A stretch of 34,514 nucleotides of DNA, taken from contig JARIHB010000166.1 of the NCBI GenBank assembly GCA_029288515.1, forward strand, positions 1 to 34,514. Reading direction: 5' to 3'. This DNA is from Candidatus Saccharimonadota bacterium. GTDB lineage: Bacteria > Patescibacteriota > Saccharimonadia > Saccharimonadales > UBA4665. Position numbers and translations under genes: made by a program. Positions 18,829 through 27,291 of the stretch are shown one piece after another. Under the pieces are notes generated by a model. That model saw only the letters and a program-made list of their open reading frames with translations. It had not been told where the DNA came from and did no database searches. The first letter of the stretch is position 1. Every line of letters starts with the position of its first letter.

Positions 18829-20013
18829 ATGGAACACAATCCCGACTCTGACGATCCACAACAGCAGCCGAATGGCGATCCCGACAGTCCCTATGGTCAG
18901 CCATATCAGGGCTACCCCGAGCCGTTACTGCCCCCGACAGATAGTTCAAGAGCACCGGGCTTTGCGCCCGACTCTCCTGGCTATGATGCTCCCGGCCTGC
19001 TGGGGGGGAGGATGGACTATTTACCTCCGCGCGGCCCTTTACCGCCAGACATAGAGATGGGTCTCCGATACGACAACGCAATGTCCGAGTTAAACCATAG
19101 GGAAGCCGTTACCTATCCGATCGCCCTCCCCCCCGGCAGAGGCACTCCTGATTCCGCGCGAACAGTCGTTGCCACGAACGATGCGATTCTCACCAGAGAC
19201 TACCGCGGCATCACCGTTGAGCGACAGGGTGAGCCAGGGGCAGCGGCCACCTATGAGCGTTTTTTCAGAAGCTCGGACGGCCGTATACATAAAGATACGG
19301 CCAATGTTGCCGAGCTGCTGCGAGATGTGCCGCCGCCAGGCAGCGTATCGCATCGCGTCCGCGAACGGGCCATCACAGCTGCGCTCACCAAATACGATAC
19401 CTTCCTACACACTATACATCTTGAGCCTGAGATGGTGACGGCCGCAGAAGTTGAAGCGCTTTCAGCCGCCGTTCGCGAAGCCGGGCCGCCGCCAACTTCA
19501 CATCAGAGCGTCCAACAGTTTGTCGACAACCGTATTGTCGCCGAAAGGGCAGTTGATACACTGGACGCCAGGCAAGCAGCACCCCAATTCACACGTAGGT
19601 TGCACGCCTGGCTGCGTAGCCAGGGTAGCGACCCGGACGGTATACAGCAGTTCACAGTAAGCGGCGCACCCGGTAATGCAGATATTACTGTCGCCGCCGG
19701 CTTTAAAAATTTTTCGGACCAACTTCCGCCTATCCCATTCGCCGAAATAACCCTTCGCAGTGCACTTCCTGGTAAAACTATTGCCGAACGACTACGCGAT
19801 ACCAGTCCCGCCGCCCCCGTTCCTATTATTGGCCACCTGCAAGAAACTATTACCTATAGTGTGCCATTAAACGATGAGCCATTCATATGTGTACGGCATG
19901 TAAATATCACTGATTTACAAAACAATGAAGTCGACGATGTAGTAAATAGATTCTATGGCGACACCGATGACCTTCGCATATTGATGGGCTTTCTGTATAA
20001 CCCAACCCCGTAG
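18829..20013 (+). CDS. Hypothetical protein, paralog family B copy 1
   Basis: ATG 18829 follows TTGCAC-18bp-TATAAT (18787-18816); contains YERFF..DGRIHKDTAN..LL.DVPPPG and C-terminal GDTDD...LYNP. Confidence 0.85.
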   Translation: MEHNPDSDDPQQQPNGDPDSPYGQPYQGYPEPLLPPTDSSRAPGFAPDSPGYDAPGLLGGRMDYLPPRGPLPPDIEMGLRYDNAMSELNHREAVTYPIALPPGRGTPDSARTVVATNDAILTRDYRGITVERQGEPGAAATYERFFRSSDGRIHKDTANVAELLRDVPPPGSVSHRVRERAITAALTKYDTFLHTIHLEPEMVTAAEVEALSAAVREAGPPPTSHQSVQQFVDNRIVAERAVDTLDARQAAPQFTRRLHAWLRSQGSDPDGIQQFTVSGAPGNADITVAAGFKNFSDQLPPIPFAEITLRSALPGKTIAERLRDTSPAAPVPIIGHLQETITYSVPLNDEPFICVRHVNITDLQNNEVDDVVNRFYGDTDDLRILMGFLYNPTP

Positions 20014-20025
20014 CCGCTTACCGAC

Positions 20026-21258
20026 ATGAAAGATTTAGGCGACAACTCCTTCGACGAAGGATATCCATTCTATAACACTCAGCGGCCAGATGACCAGACA
20101 GACGCCCGAGGGTTTGATCCAATGCGTGCTCCAGACTATCTGCCGAATGGCGGTATTCGTGGTTCACTGGACGGCAGCCTGTCGGCTGGCGATCTGCCGC
20201 CCTTCGGCACCGATCAATTTGACAACCGACAACCGCTCGATACCATTACACGCCGCAGCACACGTATGGCATACGATGAGGTGCGGCAAGGTATACAAGA
20301 GACACATATCCCAACTACGTATGAGGTAGCCCAGCCCACCGCAGACAGATACGGCTTCGGCGCGACTGCACCGCGAACAGAACTCGTTCATGAAAGTGAC
20401 CTGGGCACTGTCGCAATCGTCAGCGATAGGTACGGACTTACTGTTGATTTCTTTCCCAGTGACGGCTCACCACCGCAATACAACCACTATTTTACCCACG
20501 GGCCAAAAGGCGCTGTACACAAAGATACCGTCAACCGGGGTTCGTTACTGTATGAAGTACCACCGATGGGCAGCGTGCCGCATGAAACGCGGGAACGGAT
20601 GATTTCTTTTGCCCAGAAACGTGCAGCGCTCAACAATAAACAATCTGCGCAATCTATAGCCGTTGGCCCAGCAGAGATACAATACCTGGCCGGGCTGATG
20701 CGCGATGCGCACGCACCGCGCATGGCATTCGATGAACTGTACACCATCGGCCAACGCCGGGCAGAAGCCCACACACCAGTGAGCGAGCATGCGGCGGAAA
20801 CCGCTTCTGAAGTGTTCGACTATAACCTCCAGCGCTATTTGGAGCGACGCGGTTATGATTTGAGCGCATTTGCATTTCCGATCGACAGACAAGAGCAAGT
20901 GAGCGCCGCCGGCGAATATATGTACGTTACAGCCGGATATCGTACTACTGGAAATGCTGGCGTACCTCCGATCCCAACCGTGACAGTTGATGTGTATATA
21001 CCACTTGAACCCGACGAAGCGGTTGCAGCGCTGACTTCCCAAAGGATTGATACCGGACCTATTTCTCCGCCGGTAATCGCGTTCAGACAACGCGCCATTA
21101 CATACGAATATGACAGCCAGAGACGCATACTGACCGGCGTCGTAACAACCAGCCTCATATGCGATAAAAATATACACGGCCTTACACAGAGCGGCTTCAA
21201 TGCTGATGCCGACGATGCACAGGCCATAAATCTGTTTCTGCAGCAACAAGAATTTTGA
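20026..21258 (+). CDS. Hypothetical protein, paralog family B copy 2
   Basis: Contains YNHYF..KGAVHKDTVNR.SLLYEVPPMG and C-terminal FNADADD. Confidence 0.85.
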   Translation: MKDLGDNSFDEGYPFYNTQRPDDQTDARGFDPMRAPDYLPNGGIRGSLDGSLSAGDLPPFGTDQFDNRQPLDTITRRSTRMAYDEVRQGIQETHIPTTYEVAQPTADRYGFGATAPRTELVHESDLGTVAIVSDRYGLTVDFFPSDGSPPQYNHYFTHGPKGAVHKDTVNRGSLLYEVPPMGSVPHETRERMISFAQKRAALNNKQSAQSIAVGPAEIQYLAGLMRDAHAPRMAFDELYTIGQRRAEAHTPVSEHAAETASEVFDYNLQRYLERRGYDLSAFAFPIDRQEQVSAAGEYMYVTAGYRTTGNAGVPPIPTVTVDVYIPLEPDEAVAALTSQRIDTGPISPPVIAFRQRAITYEYDSQRRILTGVVTTSLICDKNIHGLTQSGFNADADDAQAINLFLQQQEF

Positions 21259-21266
21259 GGAATAAT

Positions 21267-22601
21267 ATGACTGACAAATCTGAGGCATTTAACGATGGAT
21301 ATGGGGAAACGGGTGACGGGTTGGGTGGTTTTCCTCACGTATACGATGCCTTACGTTATTTGGGCCTGGACGGCGATGCTGGCATTGCGCCGGTGGTCGA
21401 TCCGGATACTGGCTACACAGGCGACGTAATGAGTGATAGCGGGTTGCACGCCGGCCACAGCCGCTCCTACGACGCTGCCGACGCCGCGCCCGCATATGAA
21501 CCAACAGATAACGTACCCTTTGGCGTTGAACATTTTGATGGTGCCGCTGAGCCGGACATTGAGGACAGCCAGCGTGCCGTAGACACCTTCGTCACTATAC
21601 AAGAATCGTTACTCAGCGATCCTTATAATCAACATTTTATAGATAATCCGCCGATTGTCCGTGAGGGCACCGAAACAGAGGTTGATACTGTGTTGCATCT
21701 TTCTTATAACGGTGATGATGGAGAGGCCGACATTACGGTAAGCGCCGGGCGAGGCCTAGCAGTCGACTTTACATCAAACGACGGCAGCATATCGTATAAC
21801 CGCTACTTTATGGCGTACAGCACCGCGGGTAATTGCACGGGCATATATAAAGACAGGGCTAACCGCCAGGCATTGTTAGAGAACGTACCAGGACCCGGCG
21901 AGGCGCCGCAGCTGGAACGCTTGGCGGCAATTGCCTCCATTGAGCACAGCCACGACACCCTGAATGCTACCCTAGGATTATACACACCGGTCACCGACGC
22001 TGAATTGCGGCATGTTATGCTGTTCGTCTCGCAGGCCAAGCCGCCGGCCGCACCTTTTACTGCTTTGGCAGATATTGCCCATAAGCGCGGCACAAGTATC
22101 CAACCCATCAACCCCGCAGACAGCACTTTTGCAGGTACCCTTTTTAGCGATGTCATCCGCGACTTTCATGAGTACACGGCTGAACAGGGAGAATTACCCG
22201 GTAGTGATCCAGATACAATCCACCGCCATTACAGAGGCGAACATGATACGGCACTGCGCATTTCAGTCACCTATCACCACCATACTGTCGATCTGCCAGC
22301 GCCAGCCCTGCACATCGATATGGAAACGATTCTTTCCGCTGCAAGAATGGAGGCAGAACTCGCCAAACGCGACGAGCATCTATACAACGTGCCTGAGGGC
22401 AAGTGGGAGGCGCGTCTTTCCTACCTGATACTGAACGGACAACTGTTTGGCCGGCTGATTGAACAATTCGCTACGCAGGAGAGAGTAGTATATCAGTCAG
22501 ATAATTCATTTACGGCAGACGGTGACGATGTCATAATGGCGCGCGGCGTGATGTACAATCCGTCATTCAGCCAGGCAGATACGTTACATAGGGAGGAATA
22601 A
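21267..22601 (+). CDS. Hypothetical protein, paralog family B copy 3
   Basis: ATG 21267 after GAGG; contains YNRYF...GIYKDRANR..LLENVPGPG and FTADGDD...MYNPSF. Confidence 0.85.
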   Translation: MTDKSEAFNDGYGETGDGLGGFPHVYDALRYLGLDGDAGIAPVVDPDTGYTGDVMSDSGLHAGHSRSYDAADAAPAYEPTDNVPFGVEHFDGAAEPDIEDSQRAVDTFVTIQESLLSDPYNQHFIDNPPIVREGTETEVDTVLHLSYNGDDGEADITVSAGRGLAVDFTSNDGSISYNRYFMAYSTAGNCTGIYKDRANRQALLENVPGPGEAPQLERLAAIASIEHSHDTLNATLGLYTPVTDAELRHVMLFVSQAKPPAAPFTALADIAHKRGTSIQPINPADSTFAGTLFSDVIRDFHEYTAEQGELPGSDPDTIHRHYRGEHDTALRISVTYHHHTVDLPAPALHIDMETILSAARMEAELAKRDEHLYNVPEGKWEARLSYLILNGQLFGRLIEQFATQERVVYQSDNSFTADGDDVIMARGVMYNPSFSQADTLHREE

Positions 22602-22602
22602 T

Positions 22603-23739
22603 ATGACAGGTTTCGAACAGCAAGGCAAGCCGCCGTCGGAGGGAGGCGAGGGGAACTTTGATACTTTTATGGCTTCCGGTGGCACAGCAGGAGGGAATGA
22701 TCTTGGCCAGGTCCACTATCTGCCAGACAAGGCTGCGGCAGACGCAGGGCAGGGGTATGCTGCCCCTTTTATAGCTCATGAGGGCAATCCGCCTGATGTA
22801 TATCGCGGCCTCGAGGGCCCGGGAGACGATCCATTCAGACTACGACGTTTTGACATTGCCACGGCCACCGAAGACGACTTGCTGCACACCTCGGATCTGC
22901 ATCGTGCTGTCGTTGTCGATATGTTCACAAAATGGCAGGCGTACACCGATACCGAAGATGGCACAGAAAAAATAGACATGGAATGCGAACAGGTACGCAG
23001 TGACGGCGACCGGCACATAACAGACACATTGCTTATTACCGCCGACCGTACAAGAAGTACTCTTGCCGTACAGCTTAAAGGAAACTCCTTGGTACACACC
23101 TACTACCACGATGATGCGGGTAATGTGCGCACCGCCATAGGTAATGACCAGGGGGCACATGCACAGCCGCCACAGGAAGGCACTCATGTGGATCGGTACG
23201 CCACCTACAACGAGCTAGAGCGTATTAGACGCCTGAGTACCACCGCTCATCCTAAAACAGTACCCTTCTCGGACCTAACAGTACTGGCGCTTACTCATTT
23301 TATAGACCCGCCAGCTATGGGCCCCGACGAAACGAAACATGCAGCCAAAGAATTTAAAGAACTCTTTGGCAGTATGGTACCGTCGCATCATACTAACAAT
23401 GATCTGCATTACGGAGACAGCCTGGAAGTGAGCACCACTACACGAGGCGTTCATGACGCAAACCCCAATCTTCAGTTTACCTACGAAAAACCGGCAGGCA
23501 GTGAATATGCCGTCATACTACCCGGCGCAGGTGAGCTACGGAGTATTTCTCTGGCGGCAGAGCACATTACCATTCGCTTCTACATTACAGGAGGCGAACT
23601 GCGGTGCGCTTACCGGCGGCAGGTATTTACTCCAGACCGGACGAAACCATTAGCAGACACCGGACACTTACGCATGCATGCCGACCGGGCGCTGCTGCGC
23701 GCAGCACGCAATGCCGCGCGAAAACCGCTGCCCGCATAG
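22603..23739 (+). CDS. Hypothetical protein, paralog family B copy 4 (divergent)
   Basis: GGAGG Shine-Dalgarno; HTYYHDDAGNV, ATYNELERI...AHPKTVPFSDL and C-terminal HADRALL..ARKP align with family B blocks. Confidence 0.8.
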   Translation: MTGFEQQGKPPSEGGEGNFDTFMASGGTAGGNDLGQVHYLPDKAAADAGQGYAAPFIAHEGNPPDVYRGLEGPGDDPFRLRRFDIATATEDDLLHTSDLHRAVVVDMFTKWQAYTDTEDGTEKIDMECEQVRSDGDRHITDTLLITADRTRSTLAVQLKGNSLVHTYYHDDAGNVRTAIGNDQGAHAQPPQEGTHVDRYATYNELERIRRLSTTAHPKTVPFSDLTVLALTHFIDPPAMGPDETKHAAKEFKELFGSMVPSHHTNNDLHYGDSLEVSTTTRGVHDANPNLQFTYEKPAGSEYAVILPGAGELRSISLAAEHITIRFYITGGELRCAYRRQVFTPDRTKPLADTGHLRMHADRALLRAARNAARKPLPA

Positions 23740-23832
23740 GAGTATGTGGCTGATGATCCGGCGAAAGCGTATAAATTATCACTGCGCCAGCATAAGGCAC
23801 GTGTATACTGAAACCGTTAAGGAGGCGTCATA

Positions 23833-24729
23833 ATGCGCATGGTTTCACTACTCCGTACAAAAATTATGCAGCTCGCCGGCATCGGTGCCGGCATAGTCGT
23901 AACCGCCAGTATGGGCGTCATGAGCGTCGGCACTGCGACCGCCCAAGGCGTGCCGCAATCCCGGCATGCTACCGCACATACCTATGCCGCGCTGGGCGAT
24001 TCAGTGGCTGCCGGCTATGGACTGCCGGCTGGTTCGGATACCACTGCTGCCGATGTACAATGCGGCCGATCCAGCGATGGGTATCCTCATCTCGTCGCAT
24101 CCGCGCTTGATATGCCACTTACTAATGCCACCTGCGCCGGGGCAACGGCGGGCGATTTGGTAACGAGACAATTCAGAGGTGGTACGCTGGTGGCACCGGC
24201 CCAACTGGATACTGCCTTTGCGGCCGGCACCCCGGAACTCATTACCATTACTGCCGGTGCCAACGACCTGCATTGGACTGATTTTATTAAAGCCTGCTAC
24301 ACCACCGACTGCACAGCATCAGCCTATACAAACGCCGCCAATACAGCCCGGTTTATCATGAAAATTAAGCTGAATGCCGCCCTGGCTGATATCTATCTGC
24401 GAAGCGGCGGCACGCCGCCGCAGGTTGTTGTTACGGGTTATTACAACCCATTTTCGGCGGCGTGTGCCAGCCAGCAGTCCGCCATTACTCCTGCCGAAAT
24501 TGCCTGGTTTAGCAGTCAGGTGCAGGCCTTAAACAGAGCACTGAGGCAAACGGCTAATAATTATTTCTACACTACCTACGTGCCGGTCGATTTCAGCGGC
24601 CATGACATATGCTCATCCGACTCATGGATACAGGGTCCCACTGCAGCGCAGCCGTTTCATCCCACGGCTACCGGCCAGGCTATGATTGCCAAAGATGTGC
24701 TGGATATCGCTGCTGCGGATGCAGAGTGA
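23833..24729 (+). CDS. Secreted SGNH/GDSL hydrolase (Streptomyces esterase/lipase SEST-like)
   Basis: Signal peptide; ALGDSVAAG (block I), CAGAT, TAGAND (block III) and FHPT (catalytic His); paired Cys; AAGGAGG Shine-Dalgarno. Confidence 0.9.
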   Translation: MRMVSLLRTKIMQLAGIGAGIVVTASMGVMSVGTATAQGVPQSRHATAHTYAALGDSVAAGYGLPAGSDTTAADVQCGRSSDGYPHLVASALDMPLTNATCAGATAGDLVTRQFRGGTLVAPAQLDTAFAAGTPELITITAGANDLHWTDFIKACYTTDCTASAYTNAANTARFIMKIKLNAALADIYLRSGGTPPQVVVTGYYNPFSAACASQQSAITPAEIAWFSSQVQALNRALRQTANNYFYTTYVPVDFSGHDICSSDSWIQGPTAAQPFHPTATGQAMIAKDVLDIAAADAE

Positions 24730-24795
24730 ACCGCGAGTACACAGAGACGTAAACCGGTATAGCTTTTCGAGACGCGGGCAGTATACAATACGACT

Positions 24796-25869
24796 ATGAA
24801 CGACGAAGCACCGGCGCCTCCTACACCTGATACGCCGCAGCCACCTGGCACACCACACCGTCCGAGCATACTCGTTCTGACTGCAGCCATACTCCTTGTC
24901 GGTGGCATTATTACTGCCGCGTGGGGTATAACCCACCATAAAAGATCATCGCCGAATTACACCGCTACGACCACCAACAGCACCGCTCCGCCCCAAAAAC
25001 CGACAATCACCGACGACGGCACGTTGCACCTTAACCCGGCAGCCAATTACGGCAATAAATATGCAGACGGCATACTGCCAGTTGGCGACAATAGGTACAC
25101 CACAAGCGGCGCTCGCAAGGGCTACGTATACGTGTGCCGCGCCAACTTCGTACCCGCCAGCCAAGCCGGTGCTCAGGTGCGCGGGCCATGGTTTGTCAAC
25201 AATAATACCCAGTGGGACATCAACAAAAAGGCAGCAGTGCAGGGATCTATTACCTGGGACCAACAGATAACTATCAACGTAAACGGCGGGCGCCGTATTA
25301 TCACCACTAACGACCTGCCAGATCATCACACGGGTCAATTCCCAGTCAGCCGGAGTGACCCGGCGCGCATCTATGACGCCAATCCCAACTCTATAAGCGC
25401 GCAAACATTAACCTACGATCTGCCGGCAACGCCGCAAACCACCAGCTCCAACTGCATGGGCGGGGAAGTGGGCATCATGCTCACCGGCGTGGCGCTGTTT
25501 AACGCCTTCGACGCCGGCGGACGCGACGCCGGTGCCTGGGAAGTGCAAGATACCTGCGACGGCCACCCGCAAAACAAAGGTGAGTACCACTACCACACCC
25601 TCAGCCGCTGCATTGCCGACACCAGCGTAGAAAAGGTTATCGGTTTCGCCCTTGACGGCAATCCTATAACCGGGCCGAAGGTAAGCGAGAGCAACATACT
25701 CACCACCAGCGACCTTGATGAATGTCATGGCATTACCAGCGACATTGTTCTGGACGGCGTGCGCAAAACCGCCTACCACTATGTAATGACCCAGGACTTC
25801 CCTTACTCAGTGAGCTGTTTCCGGGGCACAGCTATACAGCCGCCAGGCCAACACGAAGGGCGGCCCTAG
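24796..25869 (+). CDS. YHYH-domain protein with N-terminal membrane anchor
   Basis: DTCDGHPQ..GEYHYH, IGFALDGNPITGP, LDECHG and YHYVMTQDFPY motifs; one TM segment near the N-terminus. Confidence 0.9.
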   Translation: MNDEAPAPPTPDTPQPPGTPHRPSILVLTAAILLVGGIITAAWGITHHKRSSPNYTATTTNSTAPPQKPTITDDGTLHLNPAANYGNKYADGILPVGDNRYTTSGARKGYVYVCRANFVPASQAGAQVRGPWFVNNNTQWDINKKAAVQGSITWDQQITINVNGGRRIITTNDLPDHHTGQFPVSRSDPARIYDANPNSISAQTLTYDLPATPQTTSSNCMGGEVGIMLTGVALFNAFDAGGRDAGAWEVQDTCDGHPQNKGEYHYHTLSRCIADTSVEKVIGFALDGNPITGPKVSESNILTTSDLDECHGITSDIVLDGVRKTAYHYVMTQDFPYSVSCFRGTAIQPPGQHEGRP

Positions 25870-25897
25870 CCACACAAAACTATGCTACTATAGTGCA

Positions 25898-27241
25898 ATG
25901 AATGAGCACGACAACGGTATGAGCGACAGAAATGGAGAAGGGTTTGATCCATACGAGGAGCAGCCTATACCCAGGGATGCTATGAGCGACAGTGGGCTGC
26001 ACGCCGGTCATGACAGTCCCTATGGCGCCAGCGACGAGACTTCGGCGCCAGTTGAACATCAGTTTGAGCCGCTTACGGCTTCGGAATTTGATACATCACC
26101 ATTTGAGGGCCGGGTTCCGGTTGATGCTTCCGAACGTGACGCAGTCGTCAGCACCTTTATGGCTATTCATGATAGGACTGTGCAGGCGTACCCAGACTTC
26201 CAGGATGTCGACTTTGTGGCGAGTAGAGAGGGCATACTACGGGAGATGAGTTTCGCGGGCGAGGTAAGCGATGAGACTACCCTGGCGCGGATTACCGTTG
26301 CACATGGGAATATGGTAACCGGCGAACCGGCTGAATCATCCCAGATAATTATAAAAAGAACTGACACTCAGGGTCAGCCGCTATCGTTCGACTATTACTA
26401 TATTCGGGAGGATGGAGCCGTATATAAAGACAAAGTCGATTTGCTGGCCGACTCTATCCGACCTCGTGCCAATGAAATGTCATCCCGGGAGCAGCGCGAT
26501 GTAATCACACAGCTTGCACGTGAGCGAAGAGGTTTGTACAGAGATGCGGTTGCGGCTGGCCTGATGCGCATACCGGTGGGGATCGACGAGATGACCCATG
26601 TAGAACGGTTTGTTTCTCAGGTTCAGCCGCAAACAATATCATTCGGACAAATACATACGTACATCCTCGAGAGGGCTACCAACCCCTCGTTCAACCCGGC
26701 AGCGCTTGAGGAGGGTGCAGATCCTCAGGAGCTTCATAAGGCGCTGGGGCTCATAGAAGACTCGAAGGCTGGAGCGCTCGCATTTACCAGGTACACCGCA
26801 CGCCGCATTCAGGAAGGCGCCGACAAAATCGACAGCACCACCGGAACGCTGCCTATCGAGGTCCCCGCAGACTCTATGACCGCTCCTGCAACTCTTGGCG
26901 CTCAACTGACCCTTGGCTACGAGGAGGGCGTACCCTATGCGCAAATGACCGCTCAGGCCCTGTTGATCAGACCTCGGCTGGAGGCAATACGCTCATACTG
27001 TATAGAGAGAGGCATACCATTCCCTGAAGAGCTGACGAGCGGTCGTCTGCATTCTGAGCTACGCGTGACCGTTGACTCAGACGACTGCCTGCGCATGTCA
27101 CATCAGCTAACAGTGCTCAGCGACGACCGCAGGCATAGGGTTACCTACGCCCAGGGAGATGCGATCGCTGACAAGTCAGTGGCAGGTTTTCTTCGAAACT
27201 TCTACCGCAATCCGGTATTTAATCTCCGCTTCAAGGTATAG
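25898..27241 (+). CDS. Hypothetical protein, paralog family B copy 5
   Basis: Contains FDYYYIREDGAVYKD, VGIDEMTHVERFVSQVQP and C-terminal ADKS...FYRNPVF; MSDSGLHAGH is shared with copy 3; TGcTACTAT lies 6 nt before the ATG. Confidence 0.85.
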   Translation: MNEHDNGMSDRNGEGFDPYEEQPIPRDAMSDSGLHAGHDSPYGASDETSAPVEHQFEPLTASEFDTSPFEGRVPVDASERDAVVSTFMAIHDRTVQAYPDFQDVDFVASREGILREMSFAGEVSDETTLARITVAHGNMVTGEPAESSQIIIKRTDTQGQPLSFDYYYIREDGAVYKDKVDLLADSIRPRANEMSSREQRDVITQLARERRGLYRDAVAAGLMRIPVGIDEMTHVERFVSQVQPQTISFGQIHTYILERATNPSFNPAALEEGADPQELHKALGLIEDSKAGALAFTRYTARRIQEGADKIDSTTGTLPIEVPADSMTAPATLGAQLTLGYEEGVPYAQMTAQALLIRPRLEAIRSYCIERGIPFPEELTSGRLHSELRVTVDSDDCLRMSHQLTVLSDDRRHRVTYAQGDAIADKSVAGFLRNFYRNPVFNLRFKV

Positions 27242-27291
27242 TAAAGTAGTAAGCAGAATAAAAGCTCAATTAGCATAGGAAGGGATCGGTT

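Noticed and set aside
7087-20020. Recurring TA(A)(A)GCCGC near several stop codons (7087, 7093, 13140, 18761, 20011)
   Set aside because: Too short and inconsistently placed to separate from chance without a genome-wide count.
19288-20526. HKD tripeptides in family B suggesting phospholipase D
   Set aside because: The PLD motif is HxK(x4)D, not contiguous HKD, and other copies have YKD.
11904-27241. Diversity-generating retroelement as the source of paralog variation
   Set aside because: No reverse transcriptase and no near-identical template/variable repeat pair differing at adenines; divergence is spread across whole genes.
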